DNA of 64,000 bases, taken from an uncultured Holophaga sp. (GTDB lineage: Bacteria > Acidobacteriota > Holophagae > Holophagales > Holophagaceae). This document shows positions 31,541-40,934 of the stretch, piece after piece (the first letter of the stretch is position 1; each line of letters begins with the position of its first letter). Below the pieces are notes generated by a model. The model had not been told where the DNA came from, made no database searches, and saw nothing but the letters and a program-made list of their open reading frames with translations. The stretch spans positions 1,216,001 to 1,280,000 of the forward strand of contig OY761614.1 in NCBI GenBank assembly GCA_963664825.1, read 5' to 3'. Both the position numbers and the translations under genes were made by a program.

Positions 31541-32053
31541 CGCTGCCTGCTGAACCCAGTGTTTCTGGGTGCAACTGGGGGCTTCTCGGTGCTCCTAAGT
31601 CCTTTGTTTGAGCACTGGGTTCCGGTGGTTGTGGTGTATGTGTGGGGTGGATTCTTGACCCACACCACCCCGGGTGGTGTGGGTGGGGGCAAGGGGGGCA
31701 CCAAAGACCCTGGTGGTTGCCCTCCGAATAAACGAATTCTCCCACACCGGCAAGGAAGACCACGTGATCTCCCAGATCCTCATCGGTTTGTACCACTGTC
31801 GTCGCGCCAAGGTTCTGCGGGGCGTCAGCTGGGCCAATAGGTTCCCTCCGCCCTTCAACGGCACCAACGGGGCCGAGACTGACCAGGGCGTTGAGCTGGT
31901 TGGACCAGATGGCCTTGCCCTGCAGGCTGTTCTCGTAGCGTGGAAGCCAGATGATGGCGGCGGGCACCTCCAGGGGTGTCCGCCGTTTATCTCCCAGGGC
32001 TGGAATTGGGTGCGCCGATACCTCGGCTAGGCTGGTAGTCACCGAGGCCCAGA

Positions 32054-32998
32054 ATGCCCATCCCTACCTTCACCGACATGATCCCCCCGCTGCTGACCGT
32101 CTTGGCGGCTCACCCGGATGGCATCGAGGTCGCCAAGGTATACGCGCTCGTGGCGGAAGCCGTGAATCTCACGGATGAGGAGAAGGCCCAGTTGGTCCCC
32201 AGCAAGAGCCAGGCGGTCTACAAGAACCGGATCGGCTGGGCCCAGGACAGCCTCAAGCGCATGGCGTGGTCGTCCTCGCCAAGATACGGGGTCTGGAAGA
32301 TCCTCCCCGCAGGTGTGGACGCCTTGAGCCGCCACACAAGTGGCTTCACGTCGGCAGAGTTGAAGACCATCGGCACATCGAACTCTAGAATCAAGATGGC
32401 GGACCTGTTCCCCTCGAGTGAGGCGGCCTCGACCAACTCGGAAAAGGTGCCCCTCGCCCAGGACACCTCATTGCTGGCTGCGGAGTCCGACTCCCCCGAC
32501 GACATGATGCAGAAGGCCCTGGCCCAGATCCAGGGCAGCGTTGAACGGGATGTCCTTGAACGTCTACGGCAGGTGTCACCCCAGAAGTTCGAGACCCTCG
32601 TCCTCGACCTCCTACACGCCATGGGCTACGGGCTGAACCGCGAGTCCCTGAAGCGAGTCGGTGGCTCCGGCGATGGCGGCATCGACGGGATCGTTCCCCT
32701 CGACCGCCTTGGGCTTAACAAGGTCTACGTGCAGGCCAAGCGGTGGCAGGGGTCCGTAGGTAGCCCGGAGGTCCAGACCTTCATGGGTGCCCTCCAGCTC
32801 CACAACGCGGACCGTGGTGTCCTGATGACCAGCGGGGACTTTTCCAAGCCTGCGATCGACATCGCCGCCAGGGCCAAGGGCGTCATCGTCCTGATCGACG
32901 GGCCGGAGATGGCCCGGTTGATGGTTGAGTTCGAAGTCGGAGCCGAGCACCGGGCGATGAAGGTGCCAACCCTGCGGGCAGATGCCTTCGAGGAGTAG
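32054..32998 (+). CDS. mrr: Mrr-family (type IV, methyl-directed) restriction endonuclease
   Basis: Mrr_N (YKNRIGWAQDSLK) plus Mrr_cat (FETLVLDLL, GDGGIDG, YVQAKRW, VLIDG). Confidence 0.9.
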   Translation: MPIPTFTDMIPPLLTVLAAHPDGIEVAKVYALVAEAVNLTDEEKAQLVPSKSQAVYKNRIGWAQDSLKRMAWSSSPRYGVWKILPAGVDALSRHTSGFTSAELKTIGTSNSRIKMADLFPSSEAASTNSEKVPLAQDTSLLAAESDSPDDMMQKALAQIQGSVERDVLERLRQVSPQKFETLVLDLLHAMGYGLNRESLKRVGGSGDGGIDGIVPLDRLGLNKVYVQAKRWQGSVGSPEVQTFMGALQLHNADRGVLMTSGDFSKPAIDIAARAKGVIVLIDGPEMARLMVEFEVGAEHRAMKVPTLRADAFEE

Positions 32999-33044
32999 CC
33001 ACGTTTCGCCAGCCTCACGAATCTGATGGCCCCTCTCCTCGGAC

Positions 33045-33764
33045 CTAAAGGTTCATTCTCTCGATTAACCCGCTGAGGTCATAGGGGGGAGGTTCCATCG
33101 TCACCGTCACCATCCCCGGGCTCAGCCAGTCCAAAACCCCGGGGCCCAGCTCTGGGTGATCCCAACGAAAGACCAGAGATGGGAGGAGGCAGGTCCCGTC
33201 CAATGCCCGGGTCAGGACATAGACCCATACTAAGGCCAGCTCTGGTCGAAGATCAGAGAACAGCCCATCGGGGACAGGTTCAGCGACCCCGGCAATCAGA
33301 CCCACCATGAGGGCTGGGAGGGATTCCTTCTCTGCTTTGTGCAGGCCCAGCAATAGCCCTGTGGGTTGACTCTTCAGAGGGCCGCCTGTGACATCGGCAT
33401 TGAACTTATCCTCGTACTTATTAATGGCTTTCCCAACCAGCTTCCTTACCAGTTGAGCCTTCGACATGGCCGGGAACGATGCCCGTGGCAAGGGCGATTT
33501 CTCCCGAGCGGGGGGTGAAAGCTCCATGGAGTTCACATCCAGCCAGAGCCCGGCGCCTCGCGGTCCAATCAGGAAGTCGGCATTCGCACGCTTGGTCGGT
33601 TCGAGGAAGAAGCGGGCCTCGGATTCAAACGCGATATCCCGTCGGTGAAACAGCAATGCCCAAGCTAGCTCGGACATGGTGTCAAGGAACATGCTCTGGT
33701 TCCCGGTGCTGAGCCTGCGCCACAGCTCAGTGGTTGGGATGGGCACGGACCATTGGATCGACAA
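33045..33764 (-). pseudogene. Hypothetical protein, possibly PD-(D/E)xK-like, probably 5'-truncated
   Basis: 239-aa ORF with weak TTG start and no SD; SEL...ADFLI...WLDVN pattern; only 41 bp from the divergent neighbour. Confidence 0.45.
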
Positions 33765-33781
33765 GTAGGTATTAATCGTCG

Positions 33782-35200
33782 AGAGGTAAGGGTGACGGCA
33801 AGGAGGTGGTAGACCTGCTGGTGGTCTTTGGCAACGATGTGCTGCTTTTCTCCGATAAGCACTGCGCGTTTCAGCCGGATGTGGACATCAAGGTTGCTTG
33901 GCCCCGTTGGTACAAGCGGGCTATTGAGAAGTCCGCAAGGCAGCTTGCCGGAGCTGAAAGTTTCCTCCGTCGGTTCCCTGAACGCGTGTTCATCGACAAG
34001 TCATGTCACACCAGGTTGCCCGTGGCACTCCCGGACCCCACCCTAGCCCGCTACTTCCTGATTGCTGTTACGCGAGGTGGCCATGATGCAGCGGTTCAAC
34101 ACTTTGGCGGAGGAAGCAGCGGCAGCTTGATGCTCAACAGCATGCTCGAGGGGGATGCCCACCACGAACACCCGTTCGAAGTTGGCTTCCCTTTGAAAGG
34201 TCGCCGATTCATCCACGTCCTCGATGAGGTGACAGTCGACGCTCTCCTGGAAGAACTGGATACCGTCCCGGACCTTGTCAACTACCTCGCTTGCAAGGAG
34301 CGGTATTTCGGTGCGAGCAACGTCATCACGCACGTTGCCGGTGAAGAAGAGCTGCTAGCGCATTACATGTGCACGATAGAGAATGGCGAGCATACGTTGC
34401 CCCAGGTGCCGCCAGGAACGGATTCAGTCCTCATCATGGAGGGGCATTGGCATCCCTATCGCTCAAGCCCTCAACGAACGGTCAAGCGTGAGGCCGATCA
34501 GGACAGCTACATGTGGGATGCACTCATTGATTACCAAGCGTCCTTCGTCCGCGCAGGGACAGCGATTGGGCTCCCGGGGATCCCCGAGATGCCACCGGAG
34601 CCCAGCGACCACGAGCGAATCCTGCGCGCCCTCGCAGCAGAGTCCCGACTGGCAAGACGGGTGCTCGCCAACCACCTCCGCTTGGCGCTCTCTAGGAGCG
34701 AGCCCGGTCAGAAATTCGCACAAATAGTTCTGAGCCGCGACAACGTTGCCCGAGCGTACGTTTTCCTAACGGCCCCGAAGCCGCCGGATGTGGACTATCA
34801 GGCTTACCGGGAGGTGCGTTCGGCTTCACTGCTCGCTTACTGCCACGGGATCAAGGTGCGATTCCCTCACGTGACCGAAGCGATCGGTATCGCGTCTGAG
34901 CCTTTCTCGGAGAAGGCAGCCTCCATAGACTTCCTATACGTCGATCTCACTAAAGAAATGAGTCAAGAGGAATCCACCCTTGGGAAGGAGATGATGGAGG
35001 AGCTTGATGTAATGCAGACACCGGCCAAGGATGTGCGTTTCTTTGGAAGTAGGAGTCACGAGTTCCCGATGCCTTTCAACTTCGGCGGACCGAAGTCCTA
35101 CGACTACCAGTCTTGTGCCCAAATGAACCGGGCGGAGCGACGCCGGATGGCCAGAGAAGCTCGGAAAGAAGCGAATAAGGCGAACAAGCAGAGGCGCTAA
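33782..35200 (+). pseudogene. NERD/PD-(D/E)xK-like nuclease-domain protein, probably 5'-truncated
   Basis: Frame reads GKGDGKEVVDLLVVFGNDVLLFSDK; the conserved-looking motif extends upstream of the first GTG (33806) and meets TAA at 33773-33775; basic tail MNRAERRR. Confidence 0.55.
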
Positions 35201-35226
35201 CCGCATTAAGCGAGTCCCGGAGCACC

Positions 35227-35508
35227 ATGACCAGCGAAGCGGAGCTGAAGGAGAAACTGAGGCAGATTGAGGGCCTCTTCGCCGGGGCTGCCACCGCCGG
35301 GGAGCGGGATGCCGCCCAGGCGGCCAGGGAGCGCATTCAGGTCAAGCTGCGGGGCCCGGAAGGTCAGGAGCCCCCCATCGAGATGCGCTTCACCCTTGGC
35401 GACGGGTGGAACCTCAAACTCTTCCTGGCCCTCTGCCGCCGCTATGGGCTCAAGCCCTACCGCAAGAATGGTCAGCGTCGGACAACCTCGCCGGAATCCG
35501 CCAGGTGA
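35227..35508 (+). pseudogene. N-terminal fragment of a conserved hypothetical protein
   Basis: ELKEKLRQIEGLFAGAATAGERDAA...LFLALCRRYGLKPYR..QRRTT, then abrupt change of sequence character. Confidence 0.5.
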
Positions 35509-35657
35509 GCGCATGGGACGATCATTCCTTCGCGGTGGGCCTGGATGGCACGCTGTGGGTGTGGGGTTCCGACGCCCCCGCTGGCCAGCTAGGGCTTGGC
35601 CGGACCTTCCCGACCCTCGGCCTGGGCGAGGTAAAGGCGGGGTTCCACCTACCCTGA
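35487..35657 (+). pseudogene. C-terminal fragment of an RCC1-repeat protein
   Basis: IRQVSAWDDHSFAVGLDGTLWVWGS...GQLGLG matches the RCC1 repeat pattern; no proper start. Confidence 0.6.
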
Positions 35658-35991
35658 GGCGGCGTTGCTACGATCGGCTCTTCAGCCAGTAGTACGTTGC
35701 CTCTGCCACCGTCAGATTTCTCTCCAGGCCCTCCTGCTGACGGAGCAAGTCGTCACGAACTTGGATGCGTGGCGCTGTTGGCGGTGATTGGGGCCATGGT
35801 CGTGAATGCCGAGGGGAAGCGGGAAGGGCTGGGGCTGGGCTCGACCTCCGTCTCCCACCTGGGCTGGGGCGCAGGGGCCTCAAAGTAGATCCATACCCCT
35901 CTTCAGAACTTGAAACAACCGGTCTCACTATTTTAAAAACTTGCGCCATCGCAAAATAAGGTCCATCCTTGTTTTAATTCTGGGGGGGACC

Positions 35992-37152
35992 ATGAAGCGG
36001 GATATCTCAGGCCGCTATGTCGTTCAATCCACCCAAGGAGAGGAGGTCCGGGCTTTCGTCCCAACCCCCCTTCCCCCCAGCCCGGGCATCGAGTGGACAC
36101 CCTCCCTTCTGGCTGCCCAGCAACGGGCCGCTCTGGCACTTGGCCGTCTTGACGGAGTCACAGCCCTCCTGCCAGAACCTGCCCTGTTCCTCTATAGCTA
36201 CATCCGCAAAGAGGCCGTGCTCTCCAGCCAGATCGAGGGGACGCAATCCTCCCTCTCGGATCTGTTGGCCTACGAGAACCAGCACGCTCCGGGGGTCCCC
36301 CTCGACGATGTGGTCGAGGTATCCAACTATGTCGCCGCCTTGAACCACGGATTGAAGCGGCTCAAGGAGGGCTTCCCCCTCTGCCTGCGACTCATTCGTG
36401 AGATCCATGAGGTCCTGCTCTCCTCGGGCCGAGGCAGCGGGAAGCAGCCCGGGAAGTTCAGGACGAGCCAGAATTGGATCGGTGGAAGCCGCCCCGGCAA
36501 CGCCAAGTTCGTTCCACCCCCCCACGAGGAACTCCTCGGCTGCCTGGGTGCTTGGGAAGCATTCCTGCACGAGGACGCGGCCATCGCCGATCCCCTCACC
36601 AGGGCGGCCCTGGCACACATCCAGTTCGAGACCATGCACCCCTTCCTGGACGGCAACGGGCGCGTTGGGCGTCTACTCATCACCCTGCTCCTCAGCGCGG
36701 ACGGCGTGCTGCGCGAACCTCTCCTCTACCTCAGCCTCTTCCTGAAACAGCACCGGGAAACCTACTACGAGCTGCTGCAGAAGGTTCGCCTTGAGGGTGA
36801 CTGGGAAGCATGGCTCGACTTCTTCTTTCAGGGTGTCGCTGAGACCTCCGACAGCGCGGTCAGCACGGCCCAACGGCTGCTCCAGCTCTTCACCGACGAC
36901 CGGAAGCGCATTCAGGGAAAAGGCAAGATCGCGGGCTCCGTGTTGCAGGTCCACCACTACTTGAAGGGACGACCCATCGCTTCTGCCTCCGCCGTCGGGA
37001 ACGCGGAGAACCTATCCCCAGCCACGGTGAACAAGGCACTGAAGGCCCTGGTCGAGATGGGCATCGTCCGTGAGATCACCGGAGGGCGACGAAACCGGTT
37101 GTTCGCCTACGAGCAAGTCTTACAGATACTGTCTGAGGGTACGGAACAGTAG
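35992..37152 (+). CDS. Fic family protein with C-terminal HTH
   Basis: EAVLSSQIEGT, canonical HPFLDGNGRVGR motif, EITGGRRNRLF tail. Confidence 0.93.
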   Translation: MKRDISGRYVVQSTQGEEVRAFVPTPLPPSPGIEWTPSLLAAQQRAALALGRLDGVTALLPEPALFLYSYIRKEAVLSSQIEGTQSSLSDLLAYENQHAPGVPLDDVVEVSNYVAALNHGLKRLKEGFPLCLRLIREIHEVLLSSGRGSGKQPGKFRTSQNWIGGSRPGNAKFVPPPHEELLGCLGAWEAFLHEDAAIADPLTRAALAHIQFETMHPFLDGNGRVGRLLITLLLSADGVLREPLLYLSLFLKQHRETYYELLQKVRLEGDWEAWLDFFFQGVAETSDSAVSTAQRLLQLFTDDRKRIQGKGKIAGSVLQVHHYLKGRPIASASAVGNAENLSPATVNKALKALVEMGIVREITGGRRNRLFAYEQVLQILSEGTEQ

Positions 37153-37414
37153 GTGCTGTGCCCCCGGGTTAGCATCACACTTCTGCCGTTGATAAACTGA
37201 TGCACAACCTCCCCTCCCCAAGCCCAGGTCTGGCCGAGCCAAGGAGACCAAATCCCACTCGCGGACTGTCGATTGATGCAAGTCTGTGGCGTATGTGTGG
37301 GGCACCTGCAAAGGTGTCCCGTCAAACCCTCACCATCACTAGCTCTAGCAATTTCGGGACCTTTCTTGTGATTCCAGGTGTCGTGGGTTCGAATCCCATC
37401 AGCCGCCCCAGATC

Positions 37415-37441
37415 AAAGGCCCCGCCCAGCGGGGCCTTTTT
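37415..37441 (+). terminator. Intrinsic terminator downstream of attR (probably the native tRNA-His terminator)
   Basis: aaaggccccgc-cca-gcggggcc followed by T5. Confidence 0.75.
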
Positions 37442-37536
37442 GATCCATGGGGGCGGCCGACGGGATTCGAAATCCGCCGCGCCACCTGCTTGAACAGGCG
37501 GTCCGGTAGAATGAAGGACCTCGGATCGGAGCCGCA

Positions 37537-38889
37537 GTGGAAGTCTTGAACACCAATGAATTCATGGAGGGCCTGCTCGCGGGTTTAGACCCCGGCGTAC
37601 TAAGCGCTTGGCGTGAAGCGGTGGAAGCGGAGAAGGCCCGCCTGTCACGGACCCTCCCCATTCCGGACGCCGTGACCCTCCAGGACCGCCATCGGCTCGC
37701 CACCTTCGCCCCGGATGACGCAGGGGAATGGGGTGAGACCCTGGTAGGCAATCGGAAATACCCCGTCCTGACCCGGGAATTCTGGACTTCGCGGCAGCGC
37801 CAGGCCTCCAACCTCCACGAGGTGAGCTATCGTGCCTGCTACAAGCCGCAGTTGCCCGGGCTGTTCATCGAGAAGCTCACCCAACCGGGGGACTTGGTAT
37901 ACGACCCTTTCGGGGGCCGGGGCACGACCGCCGTCGAAGCGGCCTTGCGGGGACGCCGGGTCATCAGTAACGACATCAATCCCCTTTCCCGGATGCTGGC
38001 GCAGCCAAGGCTCACCCTACCTGAACCGGAGGCCGTCAGAGCACGGCTGGAAGAGATCCCCCTCTCCGGCACGGCCACCGACGACCTCGATCTCACGATG
38101 TTTTACCATGCGGATACGGAAGCGGAGATCCGGGCCCTGCGGGCCTACCTCATCGAACGCCAGGAGGGGGGCAATGAGGATGATCTGGACCGGTGGATCC
38201 GTATGGTGGCCACCAACCGCCTGACCGGTCACAGCCCTGGTTTCTTCAGCGTCTACACGCTCCCTCCCAACCAGGCCGCCAGCGCCAAGCGCCAGGTCCT
38301 GATCAACCTCAAGCGGGACCAGGTGCCCCCCTATCGGAGCACCCACGCCTTGATCATGAAGAAGACCCGCCAGCTCCTGAAGGGGATCACCCCGGAGGAA
38401 CGCCGAAACCTGAGCGAAGCGGCATCCTCGGCCCGATTCCTTACGGGTGACGCCAGGAGGACGCCCGAGATCCCCAACGACACGGTCGCCCTCACGGTGA
38501 CCTCGCCGCCGTTCCTCGACGTTGTGCAATATACACCGGACAACTGGCTGCGCTGCTGGTTCAACGGCCTCGATTCCGATGCCATCGGGGAGGGCATCAC
38601 GATGGCCAAGACCCTTCGGATCTGGAGCGGGGTCATGCAGGACGTCCTCCACGAGTTATTCCGCATCACCCACCCAGGGGGCCATGTTGCCTTCGAGGTG
38701 GGGGAAGTCCATGGAGGATCGGTCTGCCTTGAAGATGCCGTGCTTCAGGTGGGGGTGGCCGCAGGCTTCGAAGGACTGGGGATCCTTGTGAACGAGCAAG
38801 TCTTCACCAAGACCTCGCACATCTGGGGCGTCGACAACCAGGACAAGGGGACCAATACCAACCGGATCGTCATGTTCAAGAAGAGCTGA
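37537..38889 (+). CDS. Orphan site-specific DNA methyltransferase (N4/N6 amino-MTase)
   Basis: Motif I YDPFGGRGTT precedes motif IV VTSPPF; start could be ATG 37564. Confidence 0.85.
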   Translation: MEVLNTNEFMEGLLAGLDPGVLSAWREAVEAEKARLSRTLPIPDAVTLQDRHRLATFAPDDAGEWGETLVGNRKYPVLTREFWTSRQRQASNLHEVSYRACYKPQLPGLFIEKLTQPGDLVYDPFGGRGTTAVEAALRGRRVISNDINPLSRMLAQPRLTLPEPEAVRARLEEIPLSGTATDDLDLTMFYHADTEAEIRALRAYLIERQEGGNEDDLDRWIRMVATNRLTGHSPGFFSVYTLPPNQAASAKRQVLINLKRDQVPPYRSTHALIMKKTRQLLKGITPEERRNLSEAASSARFLTGDARRTPEIPNDTVALTVTSPPFLDVVQYTPDNWLRCWFNGLDSDAIGEGITMAKTLRIWSGVMQDVLHELFRITHPGGHVAFEVGEVHGGSVCLEDAVLQVGVAAGFEGLGILVNEQVFTKTSHIWGVDNQDKGTNTNRIVMFKKS

Positions 38890-39039
38890 CCGAGGTCGGC
38901 GGCACCCAGCCCTGAGCGCCTTTCCAACCCCACCTTCCAACCCGAAGTCCTTCAGGGTCCAAGTTGCCGACGGCCTCCATGGTGTGTCGCCAGACATTCA
39001 TCTCTATCGTCAGGGCCCACGGGGAGTACAGGAGGCATC

Positions 39040-39654
39040 ATGAAAGCCATCGCCATCAACGGAAGCCCGAGAAAGGGCGGCAATACCCACAGGCTCTTGG
39101 AAGCCGTGCTGGAGCCACTGACCGAGGCGGGATGGACCACGGAGATCGTGCAGATCGGCGGCAGGAATATCCATGGGTGCCGCGCGTGCAACCAGTGCTG
39201 GGAGCATCGGAACAACCGCTGCCTGTTCGCCAAGGACGATTTCAACGGGGTTTTCGAGAAGATGCTGGCGGCCGATGCCATCCTCCTGGGCTCGCCGACC
39301 TACTTCGCGGATGTGAGCAGTGACATGAAGGCGCTCATCGATCGGGCGGGCTTCGTGGCCATGGCCAACGGTTCGGCCCTGGCGGGGAAGATCGGCGCGG
39401 CGGTGGTGACCGCGAGGCGCGGCGGATCCATCCATGTCTTCGACACCATGAATCACCTTTTCTTCATCTCCCAGATGATCGTGCCGGGCTCCACCTACTG
39501 GAACATGGGCTACGGCCTGGGGCCGGGGGAGGTGGAGGGCGATGCCGAGGCCCTGAGCAACATGGCCCACCTGGGGCGGGCCATCGATTGGCTGGGCCAG
39601 GCCCTACAGAAAAGCGCCGCACCCTACCCCACGCATGGGAGGGGGGAGGCGTAG
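39040..39654 (+). CDS. Flavodoxin/iron-sulfur flavoprotein (NADPH-dependent FMN reductase family)
   Basis: INGSPRKGGNT, CRACNQC...C, GSPTYF; AGGAGG SD. Confidence 0.9.
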   Translation: MKAIAINGSPRKGGNTHRLLEAVLEPLTEAGWTTEIVQIGGRNIHGCRACNQCWEHRNNRCLFAKDDFNGVFEKMLAADAILLGSPTYFADVSSDMKALIDRAGFVAMANGSALAGKIGAAVVTARRGGSIHVFDTMNHLFFISQMIVPGSTYWNMGYGLGPGEVEGDAEALSNMAHLGRAIDWLGQALQKSAAPYPTHGRGEA

Positions 39655-39679
39655 GCACTGGGCCTGTAACTAACCCTTG

Positions 39680-39977
39680 AGGCCCTTGGCGGCCCTGACT
39701 CGGCGCTCCGCGCCTCGCCCCTTCGGGGCGGCAATGGCCCTACGGGCCATTCCGTCCCATCCTCCCTCCGCTCTGCTTCGGTCGGATGGTGAAGACGACC
39801 TCGCACGGCCGCAAGGTCGTTTCCCACAACGACGGAGGCCGCCTTACGGCGGCCTCCTGCGAGCTATCCCACTCGTGGCATAAGCTCCTCGCCGGGTCCC
39901 GACTTCGAACGCGCCACTGGCGCGTCCTCCGTCACCCGGCGGTCGCTTACATCTGGTCTTTCAGGCCCTTGGCGGCC
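39680..39977. repeat. Multi-hairpin REP/MITE-like element bracketed by a 15-bp direct repeat of the hup 3' end
   Basis: AGGCCCTTGGCGGCC at 39680-39694 and 39963-39977; at least five stem-loops between them. Confidence 0.65.
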
Positions 39978-40246
39978 TTGAAGACGACCTTGCGGCCGGC
40001 GGGAATCTGGATGCTCTCGCCGGTCTTGGGGTTGCGACCGACCTTCGCCTTGGTGTCACGCACTTCGAAAGTGCCCAACCCGAAGAGATTGACGCGCTTG
40101 CCCACCAGGAGGTTCGCGACGATATCGTCACGGAGACCGTCCAACATGGCCTTGGCACGAGCCTTGGTCAGATCATGGGCCTCGGCGAGAGATGCGGCCA
40201 GTTCGGGGATGCCCAGGGTTTCGGGCTTGGGGGTCGTGATGCTCAT
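39947..40246 (-). CDS. hup: HU family DNA-binding protein
   Basis: VNLFGLGTFEV, GRNPKTGESIQIPA and FKAAKGLK. Confidence 0.92.
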   Translation of the reverse strand: MSITTPKPETLGIPELAASLAEAHDLTKARAKAMLDGLRDDIVANLLVGKRVNLFGLGTFEVRDTKAKVGRNPKTGESIQIPAGRKVVFKAAKGLKDQM

Positions 40247-40285
40247 GGGTGTCCTTTCAACGTGAGGATGGATGCTTAAAACCGA

Positions 40286-40732
40286 CTACTCGGCGAGGGC
40301 GGCGACTTCGAGGTTCAGCTTGGCATGGACTCCGGTATAGACGCGGATCTCCACGACGTAGGTGCCGAGGTCCTTGACATGGGGCAGGGTGATCGACTGC
40401 TTGTCGATCTCGAAGCCCTTGCCCTTGAGCAAGTCGGCCACGTCTGCGTTGGTCACGGAACCGAACAGATGTCCCTGCTCGCCGGTCTTGCGGGCGGTAC
40501 GTAGGCTCAGGACCTCGAGCTTCTCCTTGAGGGACTCGGCCGCAGCCAGTTCCTTGGCGCGGAGCTTCAGGTTCCGCTCCTTCTCCAGCTCGATCTGGCG
40601 CTTGTTGCCCGCGGTGACGGGCAAAGCCTTCTTCCGGGGAAGCAGGAAGTTGCGGGCATAGCCGTCCTTGACGTTGACCACGTCGCCACGAACGCCAAGG
40701 TGGGGGATGTTCTCGATGAGGAGGACTTCCAT
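40286..40732 (-). CDS. rplI: 50S ribosomal protein L9
   Basis: LG-x-RGDVVNVKDGYARNFLLP and LFGSVT. Confidence 0.96.
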   Translation of the reverse strand: MEVLLIENIPHLGVRGDVVNVKDGYARNFLLPRKKALPVTAGNKRQIELEKERNLKLRAKELAAAESLKEKLEVLSLRTARKTGEQGHLFGSVTNADVADLLKGKGFEIDKQSITLPHVKDLGTYVVEIRVYTGVHAKLNLEVAALAE

Positions 40733-40934
40733 GATTTACTCCGAATTAGGTGTGGCCAGCGCGATTGCGTCGTCCCCGTTTGGTTAGGCAGGGTACCAAT
40801 CCCTGCCAGGGCTCCCCGGTGGGGCCCCTGTCCCTCGTTGGGTTAGGCCGTTTTCCGTGCCCCTTAGTCTACCCGCTCCGCCCCTCCCGGGAAAGGGTGT
40901 AAGCTTCGGCCTCACCCCTTCCGCAAGGCCCACC

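Larger units (their letters stand above)
31457..37417. mobile_element. Genomic island integrated in tRNA-His (5909 bp between att copies), no integrase detected
   Basis: Identical 52-bp repeat of the tRNA 3' half at 31457-31508 and 37366-37417; atypical cargo and codon usage. Confidence 0.88.

Noticed and set aside
31520..32050. Possible integrase or its remnant next to attL
   Set aside because: ORFs 31404-32042 and 31674-32030 show no R-H-x-x-R-H-Y or serine recombinase motifs that I can recognise
37366..37410. Second tRNA-His gene
   Set aside because: Only the 3' half is present; it is the att duplication
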